From the NCBI GenBank assembly GCA_039589315.1, contig JBDHHQ010000002.1, positions 1-64,000 on the forward strand: 64,000 nucleotides of DNA. Reading direction: 5' to 3'. The notes under the pieces are model-generated. The model did no database searches. It worked only from the letters and a program-made list of their open reading frames with translations, and was not told where the DNA came from. The stretch is from Gemmatimonadota bacterium. GTDB lineage: Bacteria > Gemmatimonadota > Gemmatimonadetes > Longimicrobiales > Gaopeijiaceae. Shown piece by piece: positions 48,927 through 59,087 of this stretch. Numbering within the stretch: position 1 is the first letter of the stretch; every line of letters begins with the position of its first letter. A program made the translations under genes and the position numbers.

Positions 48927-51794
48927 TCACGGGATCTTCACCACCCACACCTGCACGTGGCTGGGCAGCGGCCCGCCGACCGGTGAGGACACGAACAGCG
49001 ACGTGGCCGGTTGGCTGGCCCCGCTCACCCGGAAGTACCCCGACGACCCGCCCCGCACGCTCAACAGATCCGTGAAGTCGGTGAAGCCCCGGGCCCGGGG
49101 AATGAGGCGGCCGGTCTCCACGAGCCCCCCGCTCTCGAAGATGTCGACCAGATCCCAGCTCGTGAAGCGGAGCATGGGGTCGAGACCCGCCTCCCGGTCA
49201 TCCAGATAGAGCGTGGCCGCCCAATAGGGCAGGAACTCCTCGGCGGGCATCCCCGCGAACGCCTCGAGCAGCGCGAATCCGGTCAGATTCGAGTCGATCA
49301 GCCCCTTCATCAAGGTGTCTTCGTCGCCCGCGTAGAATTGGTCGGCGATCCAACGGAGCAGGGACCAGGTCACGCCGTAGAACGACGGCCGGCTCAGGCA
49401 CTGGTCGTCGAGGTCGTCGAGCCAGGAGCATTCCTCGGGAGCGCCTTCGATCTGGGAGGATTGGTCCTGGTTGTTGGGCTTCCCGCCGAAGTAGAACACC
49501 AGATCAGCGAACCCTCCGGCGTACCAGAAGGCTGACTGGCTCCCGTCCTCGTTGAAGGCGACGTTGAAGCCATGGTTCTGGCCGGCCTGGTTGCCTTCCA
49601 CCTCGTGTCCCACCACCTCCTCGGCGTACGTGGCGCCACCTTCCGCATGAAAGTCCTCGAAGATGGGGGCATTCGCATCGATCCTCCGCCCGAACTGCTT
49701 GATGTGGGTGATCTCGTGGGCCAGGAGGATGGGGATGTCGGCACTCAGCTCGCTCTTCGACTGAGTCTGGCCGTGGATGCCGCTCTCGTCCGGGGCGATG
49801 AGGTAGAAGACCTCGCCCTCGTTGGACGAGGTGTTCGACGACGTGCGGGTGCCGAAGTCGCACCCGGACACGAAGCCCTGGAGGTTGCCGCTGGACCCGT
49901 TGGCCTTGTTGATCTCCTTGGTGATGACGATGGCGATTCGGCCGTTGTTGTCCAGGTCCGTGGCGGCCCCGAACACCGCGTCGTGCGCGGCCATGACGCC
50001 GTCCTCGAACTCGGCCGCGATGGCCTGGAGCTCCGCCTGGGTGAAGCCGCCGGCCGGGTTGCCGTCGTCATGGAACCAGATGACGCGGTCGGTCTTGGCG
50101 AAGACCGTGCCCGTGATGTCGAAGTGCGCGCTGCACGTAGCCCCGGCGTTCCAGTCCCGGACGCGAAGGTCCCTCGAGTCGCCCACCTCGCCATCCGGCA
50201 CGGCTGCGGGTGGTGCGCCGGCGGCCCGCGAGATCGGCACCTGGGTGGACGCATTGAGGCGCTCGATCTCCATCGCCACCAGGCGAGCCTCTTCGACCCG
50301 GTGGGCGTTCATCCGCTGCACGGCTGGGTCGATCAGGGGATCGGACCGACGCGAGTTCGACCTCGGCGAGGCGGCCGCGGCCAAGAGGGGCGGCGCGGCA
50401 CCGGCGCTCGGATCCTTGGTGGCGGTGACACGAAGCGGAGTCAGGAGGGTCGGCACCTCGGTCACCGACTGGACACCGATCAGGTAGTCTCCGGCGGACG
50501 CGTCTTCCGGAAGCTGCAGGCAGTACGTGTCCTGACCGTTCAGTACGGCGAGCTGACCCTCATCGAGATCGAGGAACGACCCGGGCTCCAGTGGGTGCGT
50601 AGCGGGGTCGCTTTCGAGACCGGCAGCGGTCACGGAGACCCGGACGTCCCGGGCCGGCCGGCACACGAAGGTGGGCACCTCGATCGTGAGCGAGCTCGTG
50701 CTGGCCGCGGTCACGACGGCCGCGACGCCGTCGACCAGGACCGTGTTACCGGCGGCCTGGGAGGCGAAGTTCGTGCCCGTGAGGGTCGCCGACCCGCCCT
50801 CCACCATGGCGCTCGGCGAGATGCCGGTGATGACGGGGGGCGTGGCCACCCCGGCGGACGTGGCGGTGAAGTCCACCGTTGTCCCTCCGCCAATGGCGGC
50901 CGTGGCGGTCTGCACGCCCTGGCTCATTCCCAGCATCCAGAACGTCTGAGCATTCCCGCTCCCGTCGGCATCCGAGGTGGCAGGGTCGAGCGTGCCGTTG
51001 CCGGTGGCGGCCGACCAGGTGACAGTCTCGCCCGAAACGCCGTTGCCGAACGCGTCGGTCACCCGGACGACGAGCGGATCGGCCAGCAGCGCGCCACCGA
51101 CTCCGGTCTGGCCATCGCCGCTGGCGACCTCCAGGTCCTCGGCCGGACCGGCCTGGGCCGTTGCGGCGAAGTCGGCAACGGCACTGCCGGCGGTGGCTCG
51201 CAGCGCCTGTGCCTCGGCGGTGTTGGTGCCCAGCGTCCAGCTCGCGCTCAGCGAGCCGTCCGGGCCCGTAGACCCACCGGATGGATCCACCAGCCCCCCG
51301 CCGGACACGACGCTGAAGGTGACGGCTTCACCGGCCACCGGGTTCCCGCGCGAGTCCTCGATGCGCACCGTGACGGGGCTCCCCAGGGCCGCGCCCACTA
51401 CACCGATCTGGGCGTCGCCCGAGACCTTGCCCACGACGGCAGGGAGCTGGTCCACCGTGATGGTAGCGCTGCCGGACGCGCTGCCGGCCATGGCCGTAAT
51501 GGTGGTGCTGCCCAGGGCCGCGGCGGTGACCAGTCCACCCGTCGACACCGTGGCCACGGCCGTCGACGAGCTGCTCCACGTCACGTTGGTGGCCATGGGC
51601 GTCCCGCTCTGGTCCCGTACCTGGGCCGTGAGCTGCACCGTGGCGCCCAGCGCGTCCAGCGTGGACGTCGACGGGCTCACGTTCACGGTCGTGGCAACCG
51701 GGGTGGGGGGCAGCGGCGGCGTTCCACCACCGCTGTCGCTGCATGCGCCGAGGATCAACAACAAACCGGTGGTGATTGCCGCTTTGCGAGCCAT
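48927..51794 (-). CDS. Large Ig-like/IPT-TIG lipoprotein with zinc-metallopeptidase-like domain
   Basis: LGAC lipobox, Big_2 and Big_1-like repeats, IPT/TIG, DLDNNGRI, SNEGEVFY, AHEITH (HExxH) with downstream EGGA. Confidence 0.8.
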   Translation of the reverse strand: MARKAAITTGLLLILGACSDSGGGTPPLPPTPVATTVNVSPSTSTLDALGATVQLTAQVRDQSGTPMATNVTWSSSSTAVATVSTGGLVTAAALGSTTITAMAGSASGSATITVDQLPAVVGKVSGDAQIGVVGAALGSPVTVRIEDSRGNPVAGEAVTFSVVSGGGLVDPSGGSTGPDGSLSASWTLGTNTAEAQALRATAGSAVADFAATAQAGPAEDLEVASGDGQTGVGGALLADPLVVRVTDAFGNGVSGETVTWSAATGNGTLDPATSDADGSGNAQTFWMLGMSQGVQTATAAIGGGTTVDFTATSAGVATPPVITGISPSAMVEGGSATLTGTNFASQAAGNTVLVDGVAAVVTAASTSSLTIEVPTFVCRPARDVRVSVTAAGLESDPATHPLEPGSFLDLDEGQLAVLNGQDTYCLQLPEDASAGDYLIGVQSVTEVPTLLTPLRVTATKDPSAGAAPPLLAAAASPRSNSRRSDPLIDPAVQRMNAHRVEEARLVAMEIERLNASTQVPISRAAGAPPAAVPDGEVGDSRDLRVRDWNAGATCSAHFDITGTVFAKTDRVIWFHDDGNPAGGFTQAELQAIAAEFEDGVMAAHDAVFGAATDLDNNGRIAIVITKEINKANGSSGNLQGFVSGCDFGTRTSSNTSSNEGEVFYLIAPDESGIHGQTQSKSELSADIPILLAHEITHIKQFGRRIDANAPIFEDFHAEGGATYAEEVVGHEVEGNQAGQNHGFNVAFNEDGSQSAFWYAGGFADLVFYFGGKPNNQDQSSQIEGAPEECSWLDDLDDQCLSRPSFYGVTWSLLRWIADQFYAGDEDTLMKGLIDSNLTGFALLEAFAGMPAEEFLPYWAATLYLDDREAGLDPMLRFTSWDLVDIFESGGLVETGRLIPRARGFTDFTDLLSVRGGSSGYFRVSGASQPATSLFVSSPVGGPLPSHVQVWVVKIP

Positions 51795-52046
51795 GTCCGT
51801 CCTGTCGAGCAGTAGCTGGGATATGTCGGGTCGCCCCGGCGCGCGAGCGGCGCGATTGGGCTGGGCGGGTAGCACTACACCACTGCGGTTCGAGAGGTCG
51901 CGGGCATCCTAGCTGCGGACGCACCCCCGCTAGAGGGCCCCGCCTCACCCCTCGAAGACGCCTGGTTCAGCCGACCTACGTGAGACCCATGACCTGGGTC
52001 CCACGACCCCAATGCGCTCGTCTTCGCCCTACACATCGAGTTTTCG

Positions 52047-52820
52047 TCAGGATGGGGCGACGAGCTGAGGCAATACCGTGCCGGCGGGCCCCGCCAGGGT
52101 CACGGTGGCCGTGCTCGACAAGGGCGTAGCCTCCGTGTTGACCTCGATGATGGCCCCGCCGGACCGGGCGGTCGCCAGGGGAATCGAGGCGGCCGGATGC
52201 ACCACGGCGCTGGTTCCCGCCACGACGCAGACGTGGGCCGTCTGGGCCGCACCGAACGCCACTGACAGCACGTCCCCGTCGAGGGCCTCGCCGAACCAGA
52301 CCACCGCCGGCCGGAGGAGCGCGCCGCAGTCGGGGCAGCGGGGAAGGGTGGCACGGCTCGACGCGTCGACGGGCGATCGATCGTCTCGGGCAAAGCGGCA
52401 GGCGGTGCACCGTACCCGGAAGAGCGAGCCGTGCAGCTCGAGGGGAAGGGCGGGCCCGGGATTCGCCGCTCTCGCCTCCTCCTGGGCCACCAGCGTGTGA
52501 AGGCCGTCTACGTTCTGGGTCACCAGGGTGACGCCCGGCCGCGCCAGCGCGAGCCGGGCCAGGGCCCGGTGCCCCGGGTTCGGCCGGCAGGCTCCCACCC
52601 TCTCGCGCCTCCACGCATACCACTCCCACACGAGCCGCGGGTCCCGGTCGAAGGCCGCGGGCGTCGCCAACTCCTCCGGGCGGTGGGATTTCCAGAGACC
52701 CTCGGGTCCGCGGAAGGTGGGTACGCCCGACTCGGCGCTGACGCCGGCGCCGGTGAGCACGACCACCTGGCTCGCGTCGGCCAGGAGCGCACGGGCTCGG
52801 TCCAGGGGAGCCGCAGTCAT
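52047..52820 (-). CDS. cobB: NAD-dependent protein deacylase (sirtuin, class III-like)
   Basis: TGAGVSAESGVPTFRG, TQNVDGLH, LHGS, two CxxC, GTSAVVHPA; WYAWRR carries the Tyr/Arg desuccinylase determinants. Confidence 0.9.
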   Translation of the reverse strand: MTAAPLDRARALLADASQVVVLTGAGVSAESGVPTFRGPEGLWKSHRPEELATPAAFDRDPRLVWEWYAWRRERVGACRPNPGHRALARLALARPGVTLVTQNVDGLHTLVAQEEARAANPGPALPLELHGSLFRVRCTACRFARDDRSPVDASSRATLPRCPDCGALLRPAVVWFGEALDGDVLSVAFGAAQTAHVCVVAGTSAVVHPAASIPLATARSGGAIIEVNTEATPLSSTATVTLAGPAGTVLPQLVAPS

Positions 52821-52839
52821 CCGGGGGAAACCGCGCCGC

Positions 52840-53208
52840 TCACCCCTTCAGGATCCGGTACGCCAGGGCGGCCCAACCGATCAGGAACGCCACTCCACCC
52901 AGGGGTGTGATCGCGCCCATCCACCGGGCGCCCGTCAGGACCAGCGCGTACAGGCTGCCGGAAAAGACGAGGATGCCCACCAGAAAAGCCCAGCCTGCCA
53001 CCACCGTGCCACCGCCCGGCCACCTGTCGGAGGCCCAGGCCACCGCCAGCAGGGCAAGGGCGTGGTACATCTGATACCGCACGCCGGTCTCGAAGATCTG
53101 GAGGTCCTCGGGCGAAAGCCGCCCCCGCAGCCCGTGGGCACCGAAGGCTCCCAGAGCCACGCCCACCAGGGCGAGGAGCGCGGCGCAGAGGGCGAAGAGT
53201 CGGGGCAT
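52840..53208 (-). CDS. DUF423 (YgdD/TMEM256) membrane protein
   Basis: GAFGAHGL, YQMYHA, FSGSLY, ITPLGG motifs. Confidence 0.92.
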   Translation of the reverse strand: MPRLFALCAALLALVGVALGAFGAHGLRGRLSPEDLQIFETGVRYQMYHALALLAVAWASDRWPGGGTVVAGWAFLVGILVFSGSLYALVLTGARWMGAITPLGGVAFLIGWAALAYRILKG

Positions 53209-53222
53209 GCCGTTTCCCTCGT

Positions 53223-54977
53223 TCAGTACGCGACGGCGTAGGCTTCTCTGCGCGGGTCCGACGCGGCCGTGAGCGTGCCGCTGACGGGGTCCACATGGAT
53301 CATCTGGGCTCCTCCGAAGGTGGCCGTCCACCCATGAATCACCTCGAGCTCGTGGCCCCGCGCCGTCAACTCGCGGCGTACCTCGGGAGTGACCCGGTCC
53401 TCGATCGCCACCGCCAGGCTGTTGTAGCTCCGGAATCTGGGCGCCTCGATGGCCTCCTGCGGGGTGAGACCGAAGAGCAGCAGGTTGTTGGTGATCTGGA
53501 GGAGGGATTGGGGTTGGCTGTCGCCCCCCGGTGTGCCCAGGGTGAAGCCCAACGCACCCTCCCGCGTGGCCAACGTGGGCGTCAGCGTGTGATAGGGCCG
53601 CTTCCCGGGTGCTACCTGGTTGGGGTGACCTTCCTCCAGCGTGAACAGGGCTCCACGGTTGTGCAGCACCACGCCGGTCTCTGGTTCCAGGAGCCCGGAG
53701 CCGAAAGCAGCGAAAAGGCTCTGGATCCAACTGACCGCATTGCCCTGAGCATCAACGGCGGTGAGGTACACGGTGTCGCCCGAGTCGTCGAGCCCGCCGT
53801 CGTCCGCGACCCGCCCCTGGCTGCCGATCCCCGGGGCCACGTCCTGCGCCGCCTGCTCCCCGACCATGCCCGCTCGCCCCTCGAGATACGCCGCGTCGAG
53901 GAGCTCATCCACGGGGACATCGGCGTGGCGCAGGTCGGCGACCCAGCGGTCGCGATCGGCGAATGCCAGCTTCTTCAGCTCGATCATGGTGTGCAAATAG
54001 GGTGACGTGTTGTGCCCCAAAGCCATGTAGTCATACGACTTGGACATCTCCATCATCTGGAGGTGTGCCAGACCCTGACTGTTCGGAGGGATGACGTTGA
54101 ACGCGTAACCGAGGTAGTCTACCGTGAGGGGCTCGACCCACTCGGGCTCGTAGGCCGCCAGGTCCGCCGCCCGAAGATAGCCGCCCTGTGCGGACACGAA
54201 CGCGTCCAGCCGCGCGGCCACGGCACCCTCATAGAAGCCGGCCGTTCCCTGTGCGGCGATCTCCTCGAGGGTCTCCGCCAGAGCCGGGTTCCTGAGCAGG
54301 CTGCCCAGGGTGGGCGGATCACCCCCCGGGGTGTAGAGGGCCGCGGCGGGCTCGTTCAACACCGAGGCGCCGACCGAGATGTCGCGAGCGAGCCGCTGCG
54401 ACACCGGAAACCCGTTTCTCGCGTAGTCGATGGCCGGCGCCAGGAGCTCGGGTAGGGGTAGGGTACCGTACCGCTCGTGGGCAGCGATCCAACCGCCCAC
54501 CGCTCCTGGCACGCTGACGGCCATGGGGCCGCGCTCCGGCACGGACGCCTCGCCGGCGTCGGTGAAGAACGACGGCGTGGCCAGCGCGCCCGCGGGTCCG
54601 CTCGCGTTCAGCCCGACGACCCGGCCGCTCTCGGCCTCATAGAAGAGCGCGAAGGCGTCTCCTCCGACGCCGTTCATGTGGGGCCTGACCACGGCCAACA
54701 CACCGGCCATGGCCAAGGCCGCATCGACGGCGTTTCCGCCCCTCTCGAGCACCGCCATGCCCGCACGAGCGGCGAGGGGGTGTCCGGCCGAGACGGCGCC
54801 GTGTGTGCCGCGGACGTCCGGGCGGTTCGCGGCCGGAAACTCGGGGGCTTCGAGCTGGGCCTCATCGCCCTCGGCCAAGGAGGCTTCCGGCGAGCACGCG
54901 CCCGTAATGGTCGTCGCCAGTAGCGCCAGGAGTGCCACGTACCGGCCCGGTCCTCCGCTCGTTTCCGACTTCATCAT
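53223..54977 (-). CDS. ggt: Gamma-glutamyltransferase family protein
   Basis: GGNAVDAA, GVGGDAF, VPGAV, GDTVYLTAVD (catalytic Thr), PGKRPYHT, GTPGG, DPRR motifs. Confidence 0.92.
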   Translation of the reverse strand: MMKSETSGGPGRYVALLALLATTITGACSPEASLAEGDEAQLEAPEFPAANRPDVRGTHGAVSAGHPLAARAGMAVLERGGNAVDAALAMAGVLAVVRPHMNGVGGDAFALFYEAESGRVVGLNASGPAGALATPSFFTDAGEASVPERGPMAVSVPGAVGGWIAAHERYGTLPLPELLAPAIDYARNGFPVSQRLARDISVGASVLNEPAAALYTPGGDPPTLGSLLRNPALAETLEEIAAQGTAGFYEGAVAARLDAFVSAQGGYLRAADLAAYEPEWVEPLTVDYLGYAFNVIPPNSQGLAHLQMMEMSKSYDYMALGHNTSPYLHTMIELKKLAFADRDRWVADLRHADVPVDELLDAAYLEGRAGMVGEQAAQDVAPGIGSQGRVADDGGLDDSGDTVYLTAVDAQGNAVSWIQSLFAAFGSGLLEPETGVVLHNRGALFTLEEGHPNQVAPGKRPYHTLTPTLATREGALGFTLGTPGGDSQPQSLLQITNNLLLFGLTPQEAIEAPRFRSYNSLAVAIEDRVTPEVRRELTARGHELEVIHGWTATFGGAQMIHVDPVSGTLTAASDPRREAYAVAY

Positions 54978-55108
54978 CCTGCCTCCAAAAGGCCGTTTCC
55001 ACTGCGCACACGGGGCCACCATGGCCGCTGGCCGAGCGTCGCGCCAGGGGTGGACCCTGTCCCGCGGTGCGGGGTTCCAAGCCCTCCGTCGGGCTGCCGA
55101 CCGTTCCC

Positions 55109-56395
55109 ATGGCGGTCGCGGATCCTGCAATCCGGGAAGAGAGAGCGACGTCAGTGACCGCACCGGCCGCCGCCGCAGGCGTCCGCAGGACCACGGCGAT
55201 CCGGCGTGCGACCGGCTTGTCCCTGCTGGTGGCATTCGCTCACGGGGTGAACGACAGCTACGCGGCCTTCCTCGCTCCGCTGCTGCCCCGCATCATGGAC
55301 AAGCTCGAGCTTGGCGTGGCACTCGCCGCCACGCTGGCCATGGTCCTCTCCATTGCGGCCTCCCTGCTTCAGCCTCTGGCGGGCTTCCTGGCCGACCGCT
55401 ACGGCCGCCGCGTCTTCGTGGCCCTGGGCCCGCTCCTCTCGGCCGTCTTCCTCTCCCTGATCGGCCTGGCTCCGACGTTCGGCCTGCTCGTCCTTCTCCT
55501 GGCGCTCGGCGGGCTGGGCAGCGCGCTCTTCCACCCACCCGGCGCGTCCATGGCGGCGCGCATCGCTGAGGGGAGGGGGAGTGGCATGCGCCTGTCGGTG
55601 TTTTCATTCGGCGGCGCCATGGGCTTCGCCGTCGGACCCATCGTGGCCGTGGGCATCGTGGGGCAGATGGGACTCGAGGGACTGTGGATCGCCATGGTCC
55701 CCGGGGTCCTGCTGGGAATACTCCTGCTCCGGCTGCTGCCGGCGGATCGCCTGCACCCGAACGCCACGCCCCCGCCGGCCCCGGCCAAGGTGCTGAGGCA
55801 GCTGCGCGGTCCCTTGGGAGTGATCTTCCTGATCAGCGCCCTGGGTGCCTTCATCCAACGGGTCTTCCTGACCCTGGAGCCCATCGCCGCGGCCCAGGCC
55901 GGGGTCTCCGAGGCTACGGGCGCCGTGATCCTCAGCGTGTACCTGGCCGCCCAAGGAGCCGGCACCCTGACCTCGGGATGGCTCACCGACCGGGTGGATC
56001 GGCGCCACCTGCTGGTCGTCCTGACGCTGCTGGCCTTCCCAGCCCACTTCATGGCATTCTGGGTAACTCCAGGCAGCTCTTGGACTTTTGCTTTCGCGAT
56101 CGCCGCCGGCTTCCTCAACATGGCCCTGCTGCCGCCCATCGTGGTCATGGCGCAGGAGATCCTGCCCGAGGGCACGGCCGTGAGCTCCGGTATCGTCATG
56201 GGGCTAGCCTGGGCCCTGGGATCCGTCGGCGTGCTGGGCTCCGGTTTGCTTGGTGACATCGCCGGCGCTCGGACCGCGGCCCTCGCGTCGTTTCCGCTCA
56301 TACTCGTCGGAACACTGCTGGCCTTGCACCCGGCGATCGAAGCGTACCGCCGGCCGACGCCGCACCCCGACTTCGATCATCTTCCTATCGTCTAG
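55109..56395 (+). CDS. MFS transporter (Fsr-like)
   Basis: AHGVNDSY, QPLAGFLADRYGRR, ALFHPPG motifs; multiple TM helices; start approximate. Confidence 0.88.
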   Translation: MAVADPAIREERATSVTAPAAAAGVRRTTAIRRATGLSLLVAFAHGVNDSYAAFLAPLLPRIMDKLELGVALAATLAMVLSIAASLLQPLAGFLADRYGRRVFVALGPLLSAVFLSLIGLAPTFGLLVLLLALGGLGSALFHPPGASMAARIAEGRGSGMRLSVFSFGGAMGFAVGPIVAVGIVGQMGLEGLWIAMVPGVLLGILLLRLLPADRLHPNATPPPAPAKVLRQLRGPLGVIFLISALGAFIQRVFLTLEPIAAAQAGVSEATGAVILSVYLAAQGAGTLTSGWLTDRVDRRHLLVVLTLLAFPAHFMAFWVTPGSSWTFAFAIAAGFLNMALLPPIVVMAQEILPEGTAVSSGIVMGLAWALGSVGVLGSGLLGDIAGARTAALASFPLILVGTLLALHPAIEAYRRPTPHPDFDHLPIV

Positions 56396-56407
56396 GGTCG
56401 TTCCAGG

Positions 56408-57151
56408 ATGCCGTTTCGCCTCGTGCCCCGTCGGGACCGGAAGCTCAACCGCCTCGTGAAGCGGGGCGACGTCCGCACGCTGCGGCGGGGCGAAGTGCTC
56501 TACCAGGCGGGAGACCCCGTCGACGACGCCTTCCTGGTCCGCTCGGGGCACGTCCGACTCTGGCAAGCCACCGACACGGACGGAGCGCGGCGCCGCACGG
56601 TGGAGGTCATTGGTCCTCGGGAGATCTTCGGGATCGAGCCCGCCTTCGCCGGTCCCGGCGTCCGGAGAAGCTTCGGTGCCACGGCAGGTGAGTCCACCGT
56701 CCTGGTGACGCTGGAGGGCGCGAGTCTGGGCCGCACCCTCCGTACGGCCGAAAAGACCTTCGCCCAGTTGCTCAGATCCGGCCACGAGGATCTGGCTCGC
56801 ACTCGGCAACGGGGAGCGGGGCGGGGCGGGCCCAGAACGCCCCAACGGTTGGCCGAGGTCCTCCTGGACCTGACGCGCCGATTCGGCACCGAGAGCGGCA
56901 CCGGCATGCTCATACCCCTCAGGCTGACGCACGGAGAGCTGGCCGATCTGGCCGGTGCCCATCGTTCCACCGTGACCACGCTCCTCAACGACTGGATCTA
57001 CCGCAGTGCCCTCAGGGACCGGCCGGACGGCCTTCTGGTGTACCCAGATCGATTGAGGAAGCGGGCCTCCGGCGCAAGCGCGTCGCAGGCGTCCGGAAGA
57101 GCGGGGCGGCGTGAGCGATCGGCACCCGACGTTGACCGATCGAACACGTAA
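56408..57151 (+). CDS. Crp/Fnr family transcriptional regulator
   Basis: cNMP-binding-like N-terminus (LYQAGD, GEIFG-like) and C-terminal HTH LTHGELADLAGAHRSTVT. Confidence 0.88.
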   Translation: MPFRLVPRRDRKLNRLVKRGDVRTLRRGEVLYQAGDPVDDAFLVRSGHVRLWQATDTDGARRRTVEVIGPREIFGIEPAFAGPGVRRSFGATAGESTVLVTLEGASLGRTLRTAEKTFAQLLRSGHEDLARTRQRGAGRGGPRTPQRLAEVLLDLTRRFGTESGTGMLIPLRLTHGELADLAGAHRSTVTTLLNDWIYRSALRDRPDGLLVYPDRLRKRASGASASQASGRAGRRERSAPDVDRSNT

Positions 57152-57253
57152 GAATAGGTTTGACGGTTCTTTGCGGCCCCCTCGCACCATGACCCGGCAG
57201 GGTGGGCGGGTGGGGCCGGCACCGACCCTTGCAGCGGTTCTTAGCATACCGAT

Positions 57254-57949
57254 ATGAGCCAGCGCCATCCGACGTCCCGACGGACCGTTCAGAAGCAGCC
57301 GGAGAACCCGGACGACGTCTTCGTCGCCAGGGTCCTCCAGATCTCCAACTGGGGGAGTCAGCACCGCCAGGCACTGGTGGGGATCGGCGTGGCCGTGGTC
57401 GTCGTCGTGGCAGGCGGGCTGTACTGGAAGAGCTATCAGGATTCGCTGCTCCAGCAGGCCACGCAGGAGCTCGTGACCATCCAGCAGACCGTGGCCCTCG
57501 GGGGCCCCGAGCAGGCCAAGGCCGACCTCCAGTTCTTCCTCCAGCGCTTCGGCAACACCCGGTCGGCTGAAGAGGCCCGGCTCCTTCTCGGGCAGCTGGA
57601 GCTGGAGACCGGGAACGCTCAGGGTGCCATCGCGATCCTCGGGGAGCTCGCGGGCACTCGCACGCCCCTCGGCATGCAGGCCACCTTCCTGCTTGCCGCC
57701 GCCTACGAGGAGGCCGGAAACACCGGCGAGGCGGAGCGGATGTACCTGTCCGTGGCCAATCGCTCCGACATGAGCTTCCTCGTCCGGGACGCGCTCGCCC
57801 AAGCGGCTCGCATTCGGCTGGAGGGCGGCGACCACATGGGCGCCGCCGCTCTCTACGAAGAGGTCCTGACGTACTTCGAGGAGGGCGACCCCGGGCGCCA
57901 GGTCTACGAGATGCGCCTGGCCGAGGCGCAGGCCCTCCGGGAGGGCTGA
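57254..57949 (+). CDS. Membrane-anchored TPR protein (YfgM-like)
   Basis: Single N-terminal TM helix followed by TPR helices. Confidence 0.75.
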   Translation: MSQRHPTSRRTVQKQPENPDDVFVARVLQISNWGSQHRQALVGIGVAVVVVVAGGLYWKSYQDSLLQQATQELVTIQQTVALGGPEQAKADLQFFLQRFGNTRSAEEARLLLGQLELETGNAQGAIAILGELAGTRTPLGMQATFLLAAAYEEAGNTGEAERMYLSVANRSDMSFLVRDALAQAARIRLEGGDHMGAAALYEEVLTYFEEGDPGRQVYEMRLAEAQALREG

Positions 57950-57989
57950 CCGGGACGTCACGCCCCCTCGCTCGCGGCCCCAGGGCAAA

Positions 57990-58024
57990 GCGGCCGGGTC
58001 TCCCAGGAGGCCCGGCCGCCTTTT
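57990..58024 (+). terminator. Rho-independent terminator
   Basis: GCGGCCGGG-TCTCCCAGGAGG-CCCGGCCGC stem followed by CTTTTG. Confidence 0.7.
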
Positions 58025-58267
58025 GTGGAGAGCCGATGGTCACTCCGCCAGGAAGCCCTGACCAGCTCTCTCGCATGGGACCACGGCGCCTGTGGACCCT
58101 CGAACAGGCGTTCGGAGGCGGGCCAAGGCCGGCTCCGAGGCGCCCGGACGACATCCGGGCCCGGCTCTCTCGAGGTCCCCTCAATCCCGGGAAGGGGGGA
58201 CACTCGGGTCCAACTGTACCGCACCCCGCGAGCAGCAACTCTAGCCGCCCCGCCTCGAGATCCCACA

Positions 58268-58295
58268 ACTTCGTATAATGTATATTATGTAAAGT
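58268..58295. other. dif-like site (XerC/XerD chromosome dimer resolution)
   Basis: ACTTCGTATAA-TGTATA-TTATGTAAAGT has 11-6-11 architecture, compared with E. coli dif GGTGCGCATAA-TGTATA-TTATGTTAAAT; intergenic AT-rich island. Confidence 0.88.
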
Positions 58296-58329
58296 GACGC
58301 CGGATCACCGTCAGTTCAAGACCGGCATC

Positions 58330-59064
58330 TTACATGGCGCGTGCGCTCTCCGCTCGCTGCGGCGGCGGCTTCCGGCCCAGCAGCGCGATCCGGCGCCGGA
58401 GCACGGGCACGACACCCAGGAGTGCCCGTTCGAGCGTCCGAAGACCCGGGACGTGCGATTCCACGTAGTAGGCCCGCTCCACGTCGAACCCGGCGCCCAC
58501 GATGAGCTCCGTCATGCGCGCCATGGACTTGTAGTCCACATGGCTCGGGTCGTGCTTGAGGAGGATATCCCGGACCTTGAGAATCTCGAGGAAGTGGCCG
58601 GGATTGGGGAGCCAGATGACGAAGTGGCCTTCAGGACGCAGGAGCCGGAAGCACTCGCGAACCACGCGAGCCGAGTCGTCGGGATAGATGTGCTCGAAGA
58701 AGTCGGCGGCGATGATGGTGTCGAAAGAGCCCGCCTCCAGGCCCGTGTCTTGAGCGTCGGCGCAGAGGAAAGAGGTGTTCGCGGCGTCCAGGGCTTCGTT
58801 GCGCTCGTTGCAGTACTGGATGAACCGGGGGCTGAAGTCGACGCCGACCACCTCCCGGACGCGAGACGCCAAGGCGAAGCTGAACGTGCCCCAGGCGCAC
58901 CCGAGGTCCAGCACGCGCTCCCCCCGCCCGGGCATGTAGATCTCCAGGACCTTTGAGACGCGGTAGCGCTGAAAGGGCAACTCCAGGGCTGCCGTGGCCG
59001 CGCCAGCCTCCAGATACCCACTCTGGTCGTAGTACTCCGATCCGATCCGCCTCTTCTGGTTCAT
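58330..59064 (-). CDS. Class I SAM-dependent methyltransferase
   Basis: VLDLGCAWG, GVDFS, FFEHI, LLRPEG motifs. Confidence 0.88.
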   Translation of the reverse strand: MNQKRRIGSEYYDQSGYLEAGAATAALELPFQRYRVSKVLEIYMPGRGERVLDLGCAWGTFSFALASRVREVVGVDFSPRFIQYCNERNEALDAANTSFLCADAQDTGLEAGSFDTIIAADFFEHIYPDDSARVVRECFRLLRPEGHFVIWLPNPGHFLEILKVRDILLKHDPSHVDYKSMARMTELIVGAGFDVERAYYVESHVPGLRTLERALLGVVPVLRRRIALLGRKPPPQRAESARAM

Positions 59065-59087
59065 GCCATTCTTCTATGGGGTGATCC

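Noticed and set aside
52047..52820. Sirtuin as an anti-phage (Thoeris/DSR-type) effector
   Set aside because: It has a zinc-binding CxxC pair and CobB-type motifs, sits among housekeeping genes, and is 20 kb from the TIR stub.
58265..58298. loxP site or vector contamination
   Set aside because: Only the left arm and part of the spacer match; the right arm is TTATGTAAAGT (XerD-like), not TATACGAAGTTAT.
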